32,000 bases of DNA from Phage C48C1: the sequence record OQ984149.1; one strand, written 5' to 3'. Made by a program: the position numbers and the translations under genes. The notes below the pieces were generated by a model. That model was not told the DNA's origin. It worked only from the letters and a program-made list of their open reading frames with translations, and did not search any database. Of the stretch, positions 17,357 through 25,438 are shown piece by piece (position 1 is the stretch's first letter; every line of letters begins with the position of its first letter).

Positions 17357-17396
17357 TCCTGTCGTCTCACGACGACTTTTGTTGCCTCACGGCATT
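17357..17396 (-). promoter_or_regulatory. Tandem GUGA-tetraloop hairpins in the 5' UTR of the minus-strand ORF
   Basis: Minus-strand sequence TGCC-GTGA-GGCA-ACAAAA-GTCGTC-GTGA-GACGAC-AGGAG-AAAGCAA-ATG. Confidence 0.55.
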
Positions 17397-17452
17397 GATT
17401 GTAAATATTACAGTTTTATTACTGTTATATTATATATAAGTTAAATTATTTT

Positions 17453-17528
17453 TGGCACGTAGCTCAGTTGGTAGAGCTGATGACTGTTAATCATCCGGTC
17501 GCAGGTTCGAGCCCTGCCGTGCCAGCCA
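17453..17528 (+). tRNA. tRNA-Asn(GTT), CCA encoded
   Basis: Cloverleaf by eye: TGGCACG/CGTGCCA acceptor, GCTC/GAGC D stem, GATGA-CTGTTAA-TCATC, GCAGG-TTCGAGC-CCTGC. Confidence 0.97.
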
Positions 17529-17532
17529 TTTT

Positions 17533-17617
17533 GCGAGAGTGGTGGAATTGGTAGACACGCTGGTTTTAGGTACCAGTGCCGCAAGGCGTGAGAGTTCGAG
17601 TCTCTCCTTTCGCACCA
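17533..17617 (+). tRNA. tRNA-Leu(TAG), CCA encoded
   Basis: GCGAGAG/CTTTCGC acceptor, CTGGT-TTTAGGT-ACCAG anticodon arm, long variable arm. Confidence 0.96.
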
Positions 17618-17646
17618 ATTTATTATGAACCAGTGAGAAATATTTC

Positions 17647-17675
17647 TTGACAAACCTGATTAATAAGAGTATAAT
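17647..17675 (+). promoter_or_regulatory. sigma70-type promoter TTGACA-N17-TATAAT
   Basis: TTGACA 17647-17652, TATAAT 17670-17675; heads the dioxygenase/GT/UGM cassette. Confidence 0.92.
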
Positions 17676-17708
17676 TACTTTATCAATCTATAAGTCTACA
17701 GGAATTAT

Positions 17709-19127
17709 ATGGAATTAATTGAGATTAACGGACGTTCTTGGAAGAAGTACAAGGGCGACGAAGGGCAGGACGTGTACGTTGCCCAGTTCGTTGAACCCCA
17801 AGAAAAGATATTAGGTCAATTCGCCAACGAAGAATCTTATGATATATTAGTTGATGGGGACACCGACTTCTATCTTCCATCGGGTAATGCGATGTTTAAT
17901 GATACTCCGGTCGAAGATGAGTCTAATGTCGCGTTCAAGTTTCGTAAAAACGTTTTCACGCAGGAAGAGCAAAGTGGTGCGTTCGAAGGTCTGTTCGACG
18001 CTGCTGTCGAGTCTAACAATCGAGGCATGGCAGCTGGTCCGCGCGGAGAAAAGCAGAAAGCCCGTGACTGGGTGACTGGTTTTCAGCAAGACGTCCTTTC
18101 TTGGTATGAGCAGTATCAACCCGCTGACTTATTCGGCGGAGATATGATCGAAAGTTTCGCTAAGAAACACGAGCAATCTACGGATGAAATCCGTGGCGGC
18201 GTTTGGTTGCGAACCAAGGTTGAACCAGAGTTCGGATCATACAAAGAGTTCTTCCCGAAGATGATGGACAAACTAGCAAGCATGTCTATCGAGGAAGCTT
18301 CTGCTTATGCCAAAACCGTTAGGAAAGAGATGATCTCTTCGACTAACTATGCGACCGCTATTTGGTCAGGCATCGCTGGGTTCTATGGTCGATACCCTCG
18401 CATCCCATATGGTCGAGCGACAGCATATACAGACCACCACCGAGATAAGTTTGAGAAGTGTTATCCCTTCGCTCGTCGGCTCGACAAAGTATTCCGCGAG
18501 CTACTACCAACCCGATATGGCAATCAGAAAAGGTTTGCAGATCAACTTGATAATAAATTCTTGATCGGTGAGGACACTACCTTTACCACGATCACTGTCA
18601 ACACCACTACTAGCGACCGTAATGCTCGGATGGCATGCCACCGAGACGCTGGATCACTTAACGAAGGGTTCTCAAATCTGACCGTGATCAGTGACGGTAA
18701 GAAAGACTGGAAGGGTGGATACCTAGTCACGCCAGAAGTTCGTGCCGCAATCAACGTTCGTCCAGGCGACCTACTTCTGGTTGATAACATGCGCATCATT
18801 CACGGCAACACGCCGATCGAGGCACCAGACTCTGGTGTGGACGACCTATTGCGTATGTCTCTTGTCTTCTACTTCCGTGAAGATATGATGAAACTTGGTT
18901 CTTGGGACTATGAAAACCTGCGGCGCGCTTATGTCGACGATCGCCGTAAGAACGAAGATCATAATCTTTGGAGACCATACTGGAACGGTGTTTCCCCGCA
19001 TATGTGGGATGAAGAAGAATGGTATGAGTACTTGACTCGCCATGGCGGAGAAGATATGCTTCGACTCTATCACCCTAAAGCAGTTGCTATGAAAGAAGAA
19101 ATATCACTTGAGGAGTTTTTTGTATGA
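17709..19127 (+). CDS. TET/JBP-like 2-oxoglutarate/Fe(II) dioxygenase
   Basis: FTTITVNTTTSDRNARMACHRDAGSLNEGFSNLTVISDGKKDWKGGYLVTPE ... NVRPGDLLLVDNMRIIHGNTPI ... LRMSLVFYFRED matches HxD...GG.L..P...PGD.LL...HGN...R.S+V+Y+R. Confidence 0.6.
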   Translation: MELIEINGRSWKKYKGDEGQDVYVAQFVEPQEKILGQFANEESYDILVDGDTDFYLPSGNAMFNDTPVEDESNVAFKFRKNVFTQEEQSGAFEGLFDAAVESNNRGMAAGPRGEKQKARDWVTGFQQDVLSWYEQYQPADLFGGDMIESFAKKHEQSTDEIRGGVWLRTKVEPEFGSYKEFFPKMMDKLASMSIEEASAYAKTVRKEMISSTNYATAIWSGIAGFYGRYPRIPYGRATAYTDHHRDKFEKCYPFARRLDKVFRELLPTRYGNQKRFADQLDNKFLIGEDTTFTTITVNTTTSDRNARMACHRDAGSLNEGFSNLTVISDGKKDWKGGYLVTPEVRAAINVRPGDLLLVDNMRIIHGNTPIEAPDSGVDDLLRMSLVFYFREDMMKLGSWDYENLRRAYVDDRRKNEDHNLWRPYWNGVSPHMWDEEEWYEYLTRHGGEDMLRLYHPKAVAMKEEISLEEFFV

Positions 19128-20158
19128 ATATATTGGTCACTGGATTTACTCGCGCTGCTTGTACGCCAAACTATCACGAGAAGTCTCAGATTGGACTTTG
19201 TACTGCGCACTATAGTTTTATAAATTGCCTTAGGGATATGGGCCACACTGTAGAGCAACGCGCTGTGACGGCAGGTGAGGACCTCTCAGGATACGATAAG
19301 GTCGTTGTATTTTTAATGCATATTTCTCCTTATAACAGTTATATGTATGGATCGCTTTGGGCAATAGGTCAGCGACCTGACGCTTTATTGGCGCTTGAAG
19401 ACTGGCAATCCCCAAAAAACATTAATACTTGGCGCAAAGATGTTGACAAGATTTTGGCGTCCATCACTAACGACTACTATGTCAACAGTGTTGTAGCGGA
19501 GAAGAGGTTAGAAGAATCTTGGTTGCCAGTGTTTAAAGAAGCGCTGACTACTATTTCTTCGGGCACTCGACCGATAACCTTACCTGCGCATTTAGGTGGA
19601 GATTTTAAAATGCTGTTGCCTGAGTGGGAAAGCGACAAGGTCTTTAGTTGGTTCGCCCCTGCTTACACTTTACACCGAGTTCCTAACGCTACCTTATTCG
19701 ATGAACCTAAAGAACGCACATTGAATTTCGCTGGGTTGATTCAGTCGGAGACTGAACGTTGGTTTAATAAAGTTACCGATGGCGCAACTTGGCCTATCAA
19801 ACAGTATGGTTCTCGATCCAAGAAGCAGACTAGGCTGACTGAGCAAGAAATGGTTGGGGTGTTCAAGGATCATTGGGGAATACTTATGGCGGGTTATTGG
19901 CACGCTGGTTCAGGTTGGTGGCGAGCGAGACCTCAGCAAATCGCCGACGTGGGATCTATCTTAATTTGCGACGATAAGGAAGGTGCGGTGTTCGGCGAAC
20001 CCTATGTTGGACTCAATTGTAAAATCCTACAAGAAATGAGCGAGGGGCAATTAGAAAATATTGCTGAATCTCAAAAGCAAGCATATTATGAAAGTCAACC
20101 TATGGACAAGTCGATTACAAGGAATCAACTTGAGGAATATATTTCATGCGTTGCCTAG
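19124..20158 (+). CDS. Putative glycosyltransferase (GT-B-like)
   Basis: N-terminal MNILVTGF...HYSFINCLRDMGHTVEQRAV, DVGSILICDDKEGAVFGEPYVGLN, and context between the dioxygenase and UGM. Confidence 0.45.
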   Translation: MNILVTGFTRAACTPNYHEKSQIGLCTAHYSFINCLRDMGHTVEQRAVTAGEDLSGYDKVVVFLMHISPYNSYMYGSLWAIGQRPDALLALEDWQSPKNINTWRKDVDKILASITNDYYVNSVVAEKRLEESWLPVFKEALTTISSGTRPITLPAHLGGDFKMLLPEWESDKVFSWFAPAYTLHRVPNATLFDEPKERTLNFAGLIQSETERWFNKVTDGATWPIKQYGSRSKKQTRLTEQEMVGVFKDHWGILMAGYWHAGSGWWRARPQQIADVGSILICDDKEGAVFGEPYVGLNCKILQEMSEGQLENIAESQKQAYYESQPMDKSITRNQLEEYISCVA

Positions 20159-21156
20159 TAGTTGGTGCAGGATTTGCTGGTGCAGTATACTCCCGCGAGT
20201 TAGCAGAGGCAGGTCATCAAGTTGAGGTCATAGACTCCCGCGATCACGTCGCGGGTAACGCGTATGATTTTGTAAACGAACATGGCATACGCGTACATAA
20301 GTACGGACCTCATATTTTTCATACGAGTAATATGCGCGTCGTTGAGTGGATGTCTCAATTCACTGACTGGGTGGATTACGAGCATAAAGTTCTAGCAGAA
20401 CACACCGACGGGCAATTTTATGTTCTGCCTCCGAACCGCGATACCGTAGAACGTATTGGAAAAGAAAATATTGTCGATGTCTTCTTTCGTCCATACACAA
20501 AGAAAATGTGGGACAAAGATATCTCCGAGCTGAACCCTAAGATCCTCGATCGCGTACCCGTGAGAGAAGATGATAACGAGTTGTACTTCCCTAACGATTG
20601 TTTTCAAAAGATGCCGAAATATGGATATACGGCAATGTTCGAGCGAATCTTTGATCACGAAAATATCAATGTTTCTCTTGAGGTTGATTTTGACAAAGAT
20701 ATGGAAGAAGGGTATGACAAAGTTTTCAACAGCATGCCCATCGACGAATACTATGAATATCAGTACGGGGAGTTACCTTATAGAAGCATACAGTTTGATA
20801 CTGTGACTGTTCCTGAGAGTAAGGTGTACGATACAGCAACGACTAACTTCACCACTTACGATGGACCGACTCGAGTCACTGAGTGGAAGAACTTTCCTTT
20901 ACACGGAGAAAACGAACGGTTAACGACCTTAACCTACGAATATCCCTGTGACTACCGTGACAACAATATGGAAAGGTATTACCCAGTGAAAGATATTGAT
21001 GGGGTTAATCAAGAAGTGTACTCTAAGTATCTAGGAATCGAAAATGAAAAAGTTCAGTTCATAGGAAGGTGCGGGACATATCAGTATCTTGATATGCACC
21101 AAGTGATCAATCAGTCATTAGCCGGCGTTCGTCGAACAATCGGTAATATTACCTAA
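20146..21156 (+). CDS. glf: UDP-galactopyranose mutase
   Basis: CLVVGAGFAGAVYSRELAEAGHQVEVIDSRDHVAGNAYD, GIRVHKYGPHIFHTSN, FFRPYTKKMWDKD, and YRSIQFDT. Confidence 0.95.
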   Translation: MRCLVVGAGFAGAVYSRELAEAGHQVEVIDSRDHVAGNAYDFVNEHGIRVHKYGPHIFHTSNMRVVEWMSQFTDWVDYEHKVLAEHTDGQFYVLPPNRDTVERIGKENIVDVFFRPYTKKMWDKDISELNPKILDRVPVREDDNELYFPNDCFQKMPKYGYTAMFERIFDHENINVSLEVDFDKDMEEGYDKVFNSMPIDEYYEYQYGELPYRSIQFDTVTVPESKVYDTATTNFTTYDGPTRVTEWKNFPLHGENERLTTLTYEYPCDYRDNNMERYYPVKDIDGVNQEVYSKYLGIENEKVQFIGRCGTYQYLDMHQVINQSLAGVRRTIGNIT

Positions 21157-21175
21157 ATTTTTTTCTCAAAAAGGG

Positions 21176-21203
21176 TTTACTTTATTCTTAAAACGAATAT
21201 AAT
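21176..21203 (+). promoter_or_regulatory. Possible promoter TTTACT-N16-TATAAT
   Basis: Perfect -10 at 21198-21203, degenerate -35, located between glf and the HNH gene. Confidence 0.45.
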
Positions 21204-21231
21204 AGGTACTTCTGATTAGGAGGAAATACTA

Positions 21232-21861
21232 ATGCGTAAGACTCATTATCAAGGAAAGCCAGGCACGCCCGCTGAAAACGTCACATTTGTCCGTCCGGAT
21301 TGTGAAGTTTGTGGTAAACCCCACAGTGCTGTGTTTAATTCTACATATCACGGCGATGGTTCTCCATATTTTCGCCGACTCGAGCAGAACAACGATTGTG
21401 AGAACTCGGGCAAGATAGGTTGTCGGGTTTGCCTTAAGAACTCGCGACTGAATGCCAATAAGTATTGGGCGCTTGGTAAGGATTCTCAAGGGCAAGGCAG
21501 TTACAAGTTTCACCGTTTATTCGTTAAGGATTATTGCGAAAACGTAGATTCGCGTCTCGGTTTCACTTGCACCACTTCTTTTCCCGAGAACTTTGATGTA
21601 CGTCAGATGCTTGATGTTGATCACGTCGATGAGAATCATGACAACAATCACCCTTCTAACCTTCAGACTTTGTGCGCCAGTTGTCATCGATATAAGACAG
21701 CAATCGAGCGTTCTTCCTCGAAAGAACACGTGAGTCTAGTCGAAAATATGATCAAAAAGCATCATGAATCTTTTAATGTTGCTTCTAATAAGCAAGAAAT
21801 GCTTGACCTTTGGTCCACGCTTCCTGAGGCAAAGAAACTAAAAGATAGCGATTGTGGTTAA
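21232..21861 (+). CDS. HNH endonuclease
   Basis: LDVDHVDENHDNNHPSNLQTLCASCHRYKT HNH core plus upstream CEVCG and CRVC pairs; SD AGGAGG. Confidence 0.85.
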   Translation: MRKTHYQGKPGTPAENVTFVRPDCEVCGKPHSAVFNSTYHGDGSPYFRRLEQNNDCENSGKIGCRVCLKNSRLNANKYWALGKDSQGQGSYKFHRLFVKDYCENVDSRLGFTCTTSFPENFDVRQMLDVDHVDENHDNNHPSNLQTLCASCHRYKTAIERSSSKEHVSLVENMIKKHHESFNVASNKQEMLDLWSTLPEAKKLKDSDCG

Positions 21862-21880
21862 CGGGGAGGAGATAAAGTAA

Positions 21881-22180
21881 ATGCCTAAGGCAGGACGCGG
21901 CGACCCTATGGTAAGGGCAGACGGTCGCACTAAACCAGATCGCAACTGGTATCCCGAAAACTTTGATTGGTACCTGAAGTGGGCTGCATCAATTATGATT
22001 TTGATGTCACTCGCAATGCGATCTGCGGGACCAGAATATCGCATGTACGACTTGACAATCGGGTTTGTAGGTATTATACTATGGACTTGGGTATCAGTTA
22101 TCTGGAAAGATCGCGCACTCATCATGCTGAATGCGGTCTCTGGGTTTATGATTGCAACAACTATTTTGAGAGAGTGGTAA
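21881..22180 (+). CDS. Hypothetical membrane protein
   Basis: 99 aa, two or three hydrophobic segments, SD GGGGAGG. Confidence 0.6.
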   Translation: MPKAGRGDPMVRADGRTKPDRNWYPENFDWYLKWAASIMILMSLAMRSAGPEYRMYDLTIGFVGIILWTWVSVIWKDRALIMLNAVSGFMIATTILREW

Positions 22181-22461
22181 TGCCTAAAAAATCAATTGAC
22201 TACAAGTTCAACGAAGATAAGTTGATCGCAGAATTCAAGTCTTATGTGGACGCTACATATAATCAACACTATGCCAAAGAGAAGTTTCAGGCGACCGAAT
22301 TTATCATTGATGGGGGACATGGTACAGGATTCTGTATCGGTAATGTTTTAAAATACGCACAACGTTACGGCAAGAAGGGGACTCGTGACGATGCGCGAAA
22401 GGACTTACTAAAGGTACTCCATTATGCGCTTATTCAATTACACGTTCACGATAGCGATTAG
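22180..22461 (+). CDS. DUF3310/SaV-like small phage protein
   Basis: FIIDGGHGTGFCIGNVLKYAQRYGKKG...DARKDLLKVLHYAL matches the GNVLKYxxRxxxKxGxxxDLxKAxxYL pattern. Start corrected to ATG 22180. Confidence 0.65.
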   Translation: MPKKSIDYKFNEDKLIAEFKSYVDATYNQHYAKEKFQATEFIIDGGHGTGFCIGNVLKYAQRYGKKGTRDDARKDLLKVLHYALIQLHVHDSD

Positions 22462-22804
22462 TCTATTCATCACCGGATGTGCATCATCTGGTGTCACCAA
22501 TGCGTACCGTTACGGTACGGATGATTATAAGTTCCTAGAAAAGGAATATGAGAACTTGCACCCACAAGTTCATTTTGTTTTACTCAAAAACGAAGCCGAA
22601 TATAACTCAGCCCGAAGAAAGAAATTGGGCATACAATGGGATTCAGTGAGTGCGTTTACTCTCTGGATACCCGAGACTGGCGAGTGTACCGTATTCATAA
22701 AGGATCCTGAGTGGCAGTGGGAACCTGAGTTGCTTGGACACGAAGTTGCACACTGTATATGGGGGAGATACCATCGAGGCCGAGAAGGTCTTAAACCATA
22801 TTAG
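22424..22804 (+). CDS. Lipoprotein with HExxH metallopeptidase-like motif
   Basis: Lipobox SLFITGCAS; LLGHEVAHCIWGRYH near the C-terminus. Confidence 0.65.
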   Translation: MRLFNYTFTIAISLFITGCASSGVTNAYRYGTDDYKFLEKEYENLHPQVHFVLLKNEAEYNSARRKKLGIQWDSVSAFTLWIPETGECTVFIKDPEWQWEPELLGHEVAHCIWGRYHRGREGLKPY

Positions 22805-22880
22805 GAGCGGTAGTTCAGTTGGTTAGAATACCTGCCTGTCACGCAGGGGGTCGCGGGTTCGAGTCCCGTCCGCTCCGCCA
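22804..22880 (+). tRNA. tRNA-Asp(GTC), CCA encoded
   Basis: GGAGCGG/CCGCTCC acceptor, CCTGC-CTGTCAC-GCAGG anticodon arm. Confidence 0.96.
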
Positions 22881-22897
22881 ACTTACAGGTAAATCTT

Positions 22898-23134
22898 ATG
22901 AGGGTTTTAGTAGTTGCGGTATTGACAACCTTAGTTAGTTGCGGTATAATTAACGAATCAAATGACACAAGAATCTGCATTGATTGGGATTCAAGAGTCG
23001 TTATAAGGGAAAAATGTATCCCGATGTATGGCACTTTGATATGTGCCGATGAGGAAAAAGTCGAAACATGGTGTGTTCTATATGAAGAACTCATCGATAC
23101 AGAAGGGAGGCCCGATGCGAAGAGGGAAACATGA
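22898..23134 (+). CDS. Small lipoprotein, hypothetical
   Basis: MRVLVVAVLTTLVSC lipobox; starts 17 nt after tRNA-Asp. Confidence 0.55.
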   Translation: MRVLVVAVLTTLVSCGIINESNDTRICIDWDSRVVIREKCIPMYGTLICADEEKVETWCVLYEELIDTEGRPDAKRET

Positions 23135-23315
23135 AGTTAAACGTCGCCGTGAAGGTGCGTTAGAACGTCTTCAGTCGTCAAAGTTCTTTGAGAAGAACGG
23201 ACGTACCGAAGAGAAGTGGCAGGCACGTAAGGACAAGGAGATCGAGATTCTTGAGATCTCTCTTGGTATCCGTCAAGGTGCTAAAGTGAAAAGAGAGGAA
23301 ATCACTCTCGATTAA
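23115..23315 (+). CDS. Small basic hypothetical protein
   Basis: MRRGKHEVKRRREGALERLQ...; GGGAGG SD. Start corrected from 23043. Confidence 0.5.
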   Translation: MRRGKHEVKRRREGALERLQSSKFFEKNGRTEEKWQARKDKEIEILEISLGIRQGAKVKREEITLD

Positions 23316-23328
23316 TAAGGGGAATGCT

Positions 23329-23454
23329 ATGGAAATCCTAGCAGTTGTAGCAGTAGTTGTAGTGGTGTACTTGGTTGTACGTAGTCGTGGTGGATCTGGT
23401 GGTTCAGGTGGATCCGGTGGCGGTAGTAGTAACCCTAACGACAACCTGAAGTAG
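23329..23454 (+). CDS. Small ORF: N-terminal transmembrane segment plus Gly/Ser-rich tail, 41 aa
   Basis: MEILAVVAVVVVVYLVVRSRGGSGGSGGSGGGSSNPNDNLK; SD AAGGGGAA. Not in the supplied track. Confidence 0.5.
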   Translation: MEILAVVAVVVVVYLVVRSRGGSGGSGGSGGGSSNPNDNLK

Positions 23455-23460
23455 TAGTGC

Positions 23461-23544
23461 GGGGAGGTTCCAGAGCGGTCAAATGGATCAGACTGTAAAT
23501 CTGACGCGCGAGCTTCGGTGGTTCGAATCCACCCCTCCCCACCA
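23461..23544 (+). tRNA. tRNA-Tyr(GTA), CCA encoded
   Basis: GGGGAGG/CCTCCCC acceptor, CAGA-CTGTAAA-TCTG anticodon arm, long variable arm. Confidence 0.96.
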
Positions 23545-23646
23545 ATTAGTCCTGAGACGACTCTAAACTCACTCTGGTCGTTACGCCCGTCACCTGAGTA
23601 TGTGGAAAACTGCTCACTTACACACAACACACACAAGGAGACAATT

Positions 23647-23859
23647 ATGTCTAATACAAATCCGTACGAACTTCGGTTCCAAATTTTCGAAACAGCAAGA
23701 AACACCCTAGTAGATGAATACTGGGCGCAAGTAAATCGTCGCGAAGTCTTGATTGAAACAGGCGGTGTTGATACTATCCCTGACTTTCCCACATATCCTG
23801 ATATGTCGCAAGTGATGGAACGCGTCCAACTGATCAATGATTTTGTTTCTAATAGTTAA
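23647..23859 (+). CDS. Conserved small T4-like phage protein
   Basis: MSNTNPYELRFQIFETARNTLVDEYW...; AAGGAG SD. Start corrected from 23518, which runs through tRNA-Tyr. Confidence 0.65.
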   Translation: MSNTNPYELRFQIFETARNTLVDEYWAQVNRREVLIETGGVDTIPDFPTYPDMSQVMERVQLINDFVSNS

Positions 23860-23891
23860 CGGAGATATCTCCGACCAATTGAGGAAATATT

Positions 23892-24053
23892 ATGATACAC
23901 GAGTGGAAAATCTACTACAAAGGTCGACAGGTTGGTCTCACTTATTCACTAACAGAGTACGGTGCTAGAGAACGTTGGTATAATACTCACAGCAGAAATG
24001 CAAGTAAATACTCAGGACTTTCGTTTGACGACATCTTAGCGAAGAGAGTATAA
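23892..24053 (+). CDS. Small hypothetical protein, 53 aa
   Basis: MIHEWKIYYKGRQVGLTYSLTEYGARERWYNTHSRNASKYSGLSFDDILAKRV; stop overlaps the next start (TAATG). Confidence 0.5.
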   Translation: MIHEWKIYYKGRQVGLTYSLTEYGARERWYNTHSRNASKYSGLSFDDILAKRV

Positions 24054-24421
24054 TGGATAAGTTGTTCGATTTGTTTGAGGAGTTGATACTTAGCGTTATT
24101 GTCCTTGCCACAGTCTTCGCTGTTGGTGAAGAAGTTTGGAAATTATTCGAGGCGAGAACTGTCGCGTTGACTGATCTGCTTCTTTTATTCATCTATGCAG
24201 AGGTTGTGGGTATGGTTGCGATCTTCTACCGCAGTCATCGTATTCCGGCAACACTGCCGATTATCATCGCAACAACTGCACTGAGTCGAATGATTATTTT
24301 GCAGAGTAAGGAGTTCGACCCTTCGATCATCCTCTTCGAAGCGGGTGGTATTGTTCTACTAAGTATAGCTGCATTCGTGATGACATATCGCAATCGGTAT
24401 GTGAGTGAAGATGAACTATAG
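24053..24421 (+). CDS. psiE: PsiE-like phosphate-starvation-inducible membrane protein
   Basis: VIVLATVFAVGEEVWKLFEARTVALTDLLLLFIYAEVVGMVAIFYRSHRIPATLPIIIATTALSRMIILQSKEFDP, a very family-like sequence. Confidence 0.75.
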   Translation: MDKLFDLFEELILSVIVLATVFAVGEEVWKLFEARTVALTDLLLLFIYAEVVGMVAIFYRSHRIPATLPIIIATTALSRMIILQSKEFDPSIILFEAGGIVLLSIAAFVMTYRNRYVSEDEL

Positions 24422-24473
24422 GGTCTGATTCCCCTATTCAAATAACCGAATCAGTGGTGCCCAGGAGCAACAT

Positions 24474-24497
24474 GGGGGAGGAAACTCCCCCTTCTTT
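24474..24497 (+). terminator. Rho-independent terminator-like hairpin
   Basis: GGGGGAG-GAAA-CTCCCCC followed by TTCTTT. Confidence 0.75.
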
Positions 24498-24511
24498 ATT
24501 ATGGAGAAAAT

Positions 24512-24682
24512 ATGAGTTTTACCCGAGAGTTAGAAAGAATGCAACAGAGCATTCTCGAAATGAGTCAGTGCCTAGAAGCATTGAAAAAAGCAACCGACAA
24601 CCTTACTCCGCCAGAGTACCCTAACGAGTTGCGGGATCCGGATGAAGTATCAAAGAGATTCTATCGAGAACCTGAGTTATAA
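24512..24682 (+). CDS. Small hypothetical protein, 56 aa
   Basis: MSFTRELERMQQSILEMSQCLEALKKATDNLTPPEYPNELRDPDEVSKRFYREPEL. Confidence 0.45.
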   Translation: MSFTRELERMQQSILEMSQCLEALKKATDNLTPPEYPNELRDPDEVSKRFYREPEL

Positions 24683-24687
24683 GATTA

Positions 24688-24775
24688 GGTGGGCTGGCTG
24701 AGTGGTCGAAAGCGGCGGTCTTGAAAACCGTTGAACCGAGAGGTTCCGTAGGTTCGAATCCTACGCCCACCGCCA
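24688..24775 (+). tRNA. tRNA-Ser(TGA), CCA encoded
   Basis: GGTGGGC/GCCCACC acceptor, CGGT-CTTGAAA-ACCG anticodon region, long variable arm. Confidence 0.96.
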
Positions 24776-24806
24776 CTTATTTTCAAAAAAAGCGTAAAAT
24801 TACCGC

Positions 24807-24835
24807 TTTACATATAAACAACCTTATAGTATAAT
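24807..24835 (+). promoter_or_regulatory. sigma70-type promoter TTTACA-N17-TATAAT
   Basis: -35 24807-24812 (one mismatch), -10 24830-24835. Confidence 0.8.
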
Positions 24836-24865
24836 TGTTTTCGAAATGTGTGAGAGAGGTTTCAA

Positions 24866-25438
24866 GTGATCAAGGTTTTTTACGTCCACGGTTGGGGTTC
24901 TGAGTTTGACCCGACTAGCGACAAGGTTCGTGCGTTGTCTGAAGTAGGTGAAGTTCACGGTGTTACTGTGAATTGGGCTGACGGGCACCGACGCGTATTC
25001 GACCAACTCTCCGAAGAGATCAGTGCGTATCAACCTGATCTTCTTGTCGGTACTTCTATGGGTGGTTACGGTGTTAGTCACCTTGGTTCTGAATTCGGCA
25101 TTCCATTTGTTGCAATCAATCCCGCTATCCGACCCCACGAGACTCTTATGGATCGAGTCGGTGTTGGCACTGACTACTATGGACGCGAGTATGAATTGAC
25201 TTGGCAGACCGTGAGTTCTTTTCCTGAGTTTGCTACTGGTGGTTGCGGTCTCGTTCTCCTCGCGATGGATGATGATGTCATTGACGCGCGAGAAACTATA
25301 AATAGTTATTCAAACCATTATGACTGTCGCATTTTCGAAACAGGTGGTCACCGATTCGAACGTTTGCGAGAGGCATTACCACTAATAACAGAATTTTATA
25401 GCAGAGCGGAAATTGTTTATGGACTTGATGAAGTTTAA
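24866..25438 (+). CDS. YqiA/YcfP-like alpha/beta-hydrolase fold esterase
   Basis: VFYVHGWGSEFD, LLVGTSMGGYGVSHLG nucleophile elbow, and FVAINPAIRP; GGHRF with late His. Confidence 0.75.
   Translation: MIKVFYVHGWGSEFDPTSDKVRALSEVGEVHGVTVNWADGHRRVFDQLSEEISAYQPDLLVGTSMGGYGVSHLGSEFGIPFVAINPAIRPHETLMDRVGVGTDYYGREYELTWQTVSSFPEFATGGCGLVLLAMDDDVIDARETINSYSNHYDCRIFETGGHRFERLREALPLITEFYSRAEIVYGLDEV

Noticed and set aside
23329-23454. Short GGTTCAGGTGGATCCGGTGG repeats considered as CRISPR-like or regulatory repeats
   Set aside because: Repeat units are Gly/Ser codons within a small ORF. No spaced identical repeats were seen here or elsewhere, and no cas genes are present.
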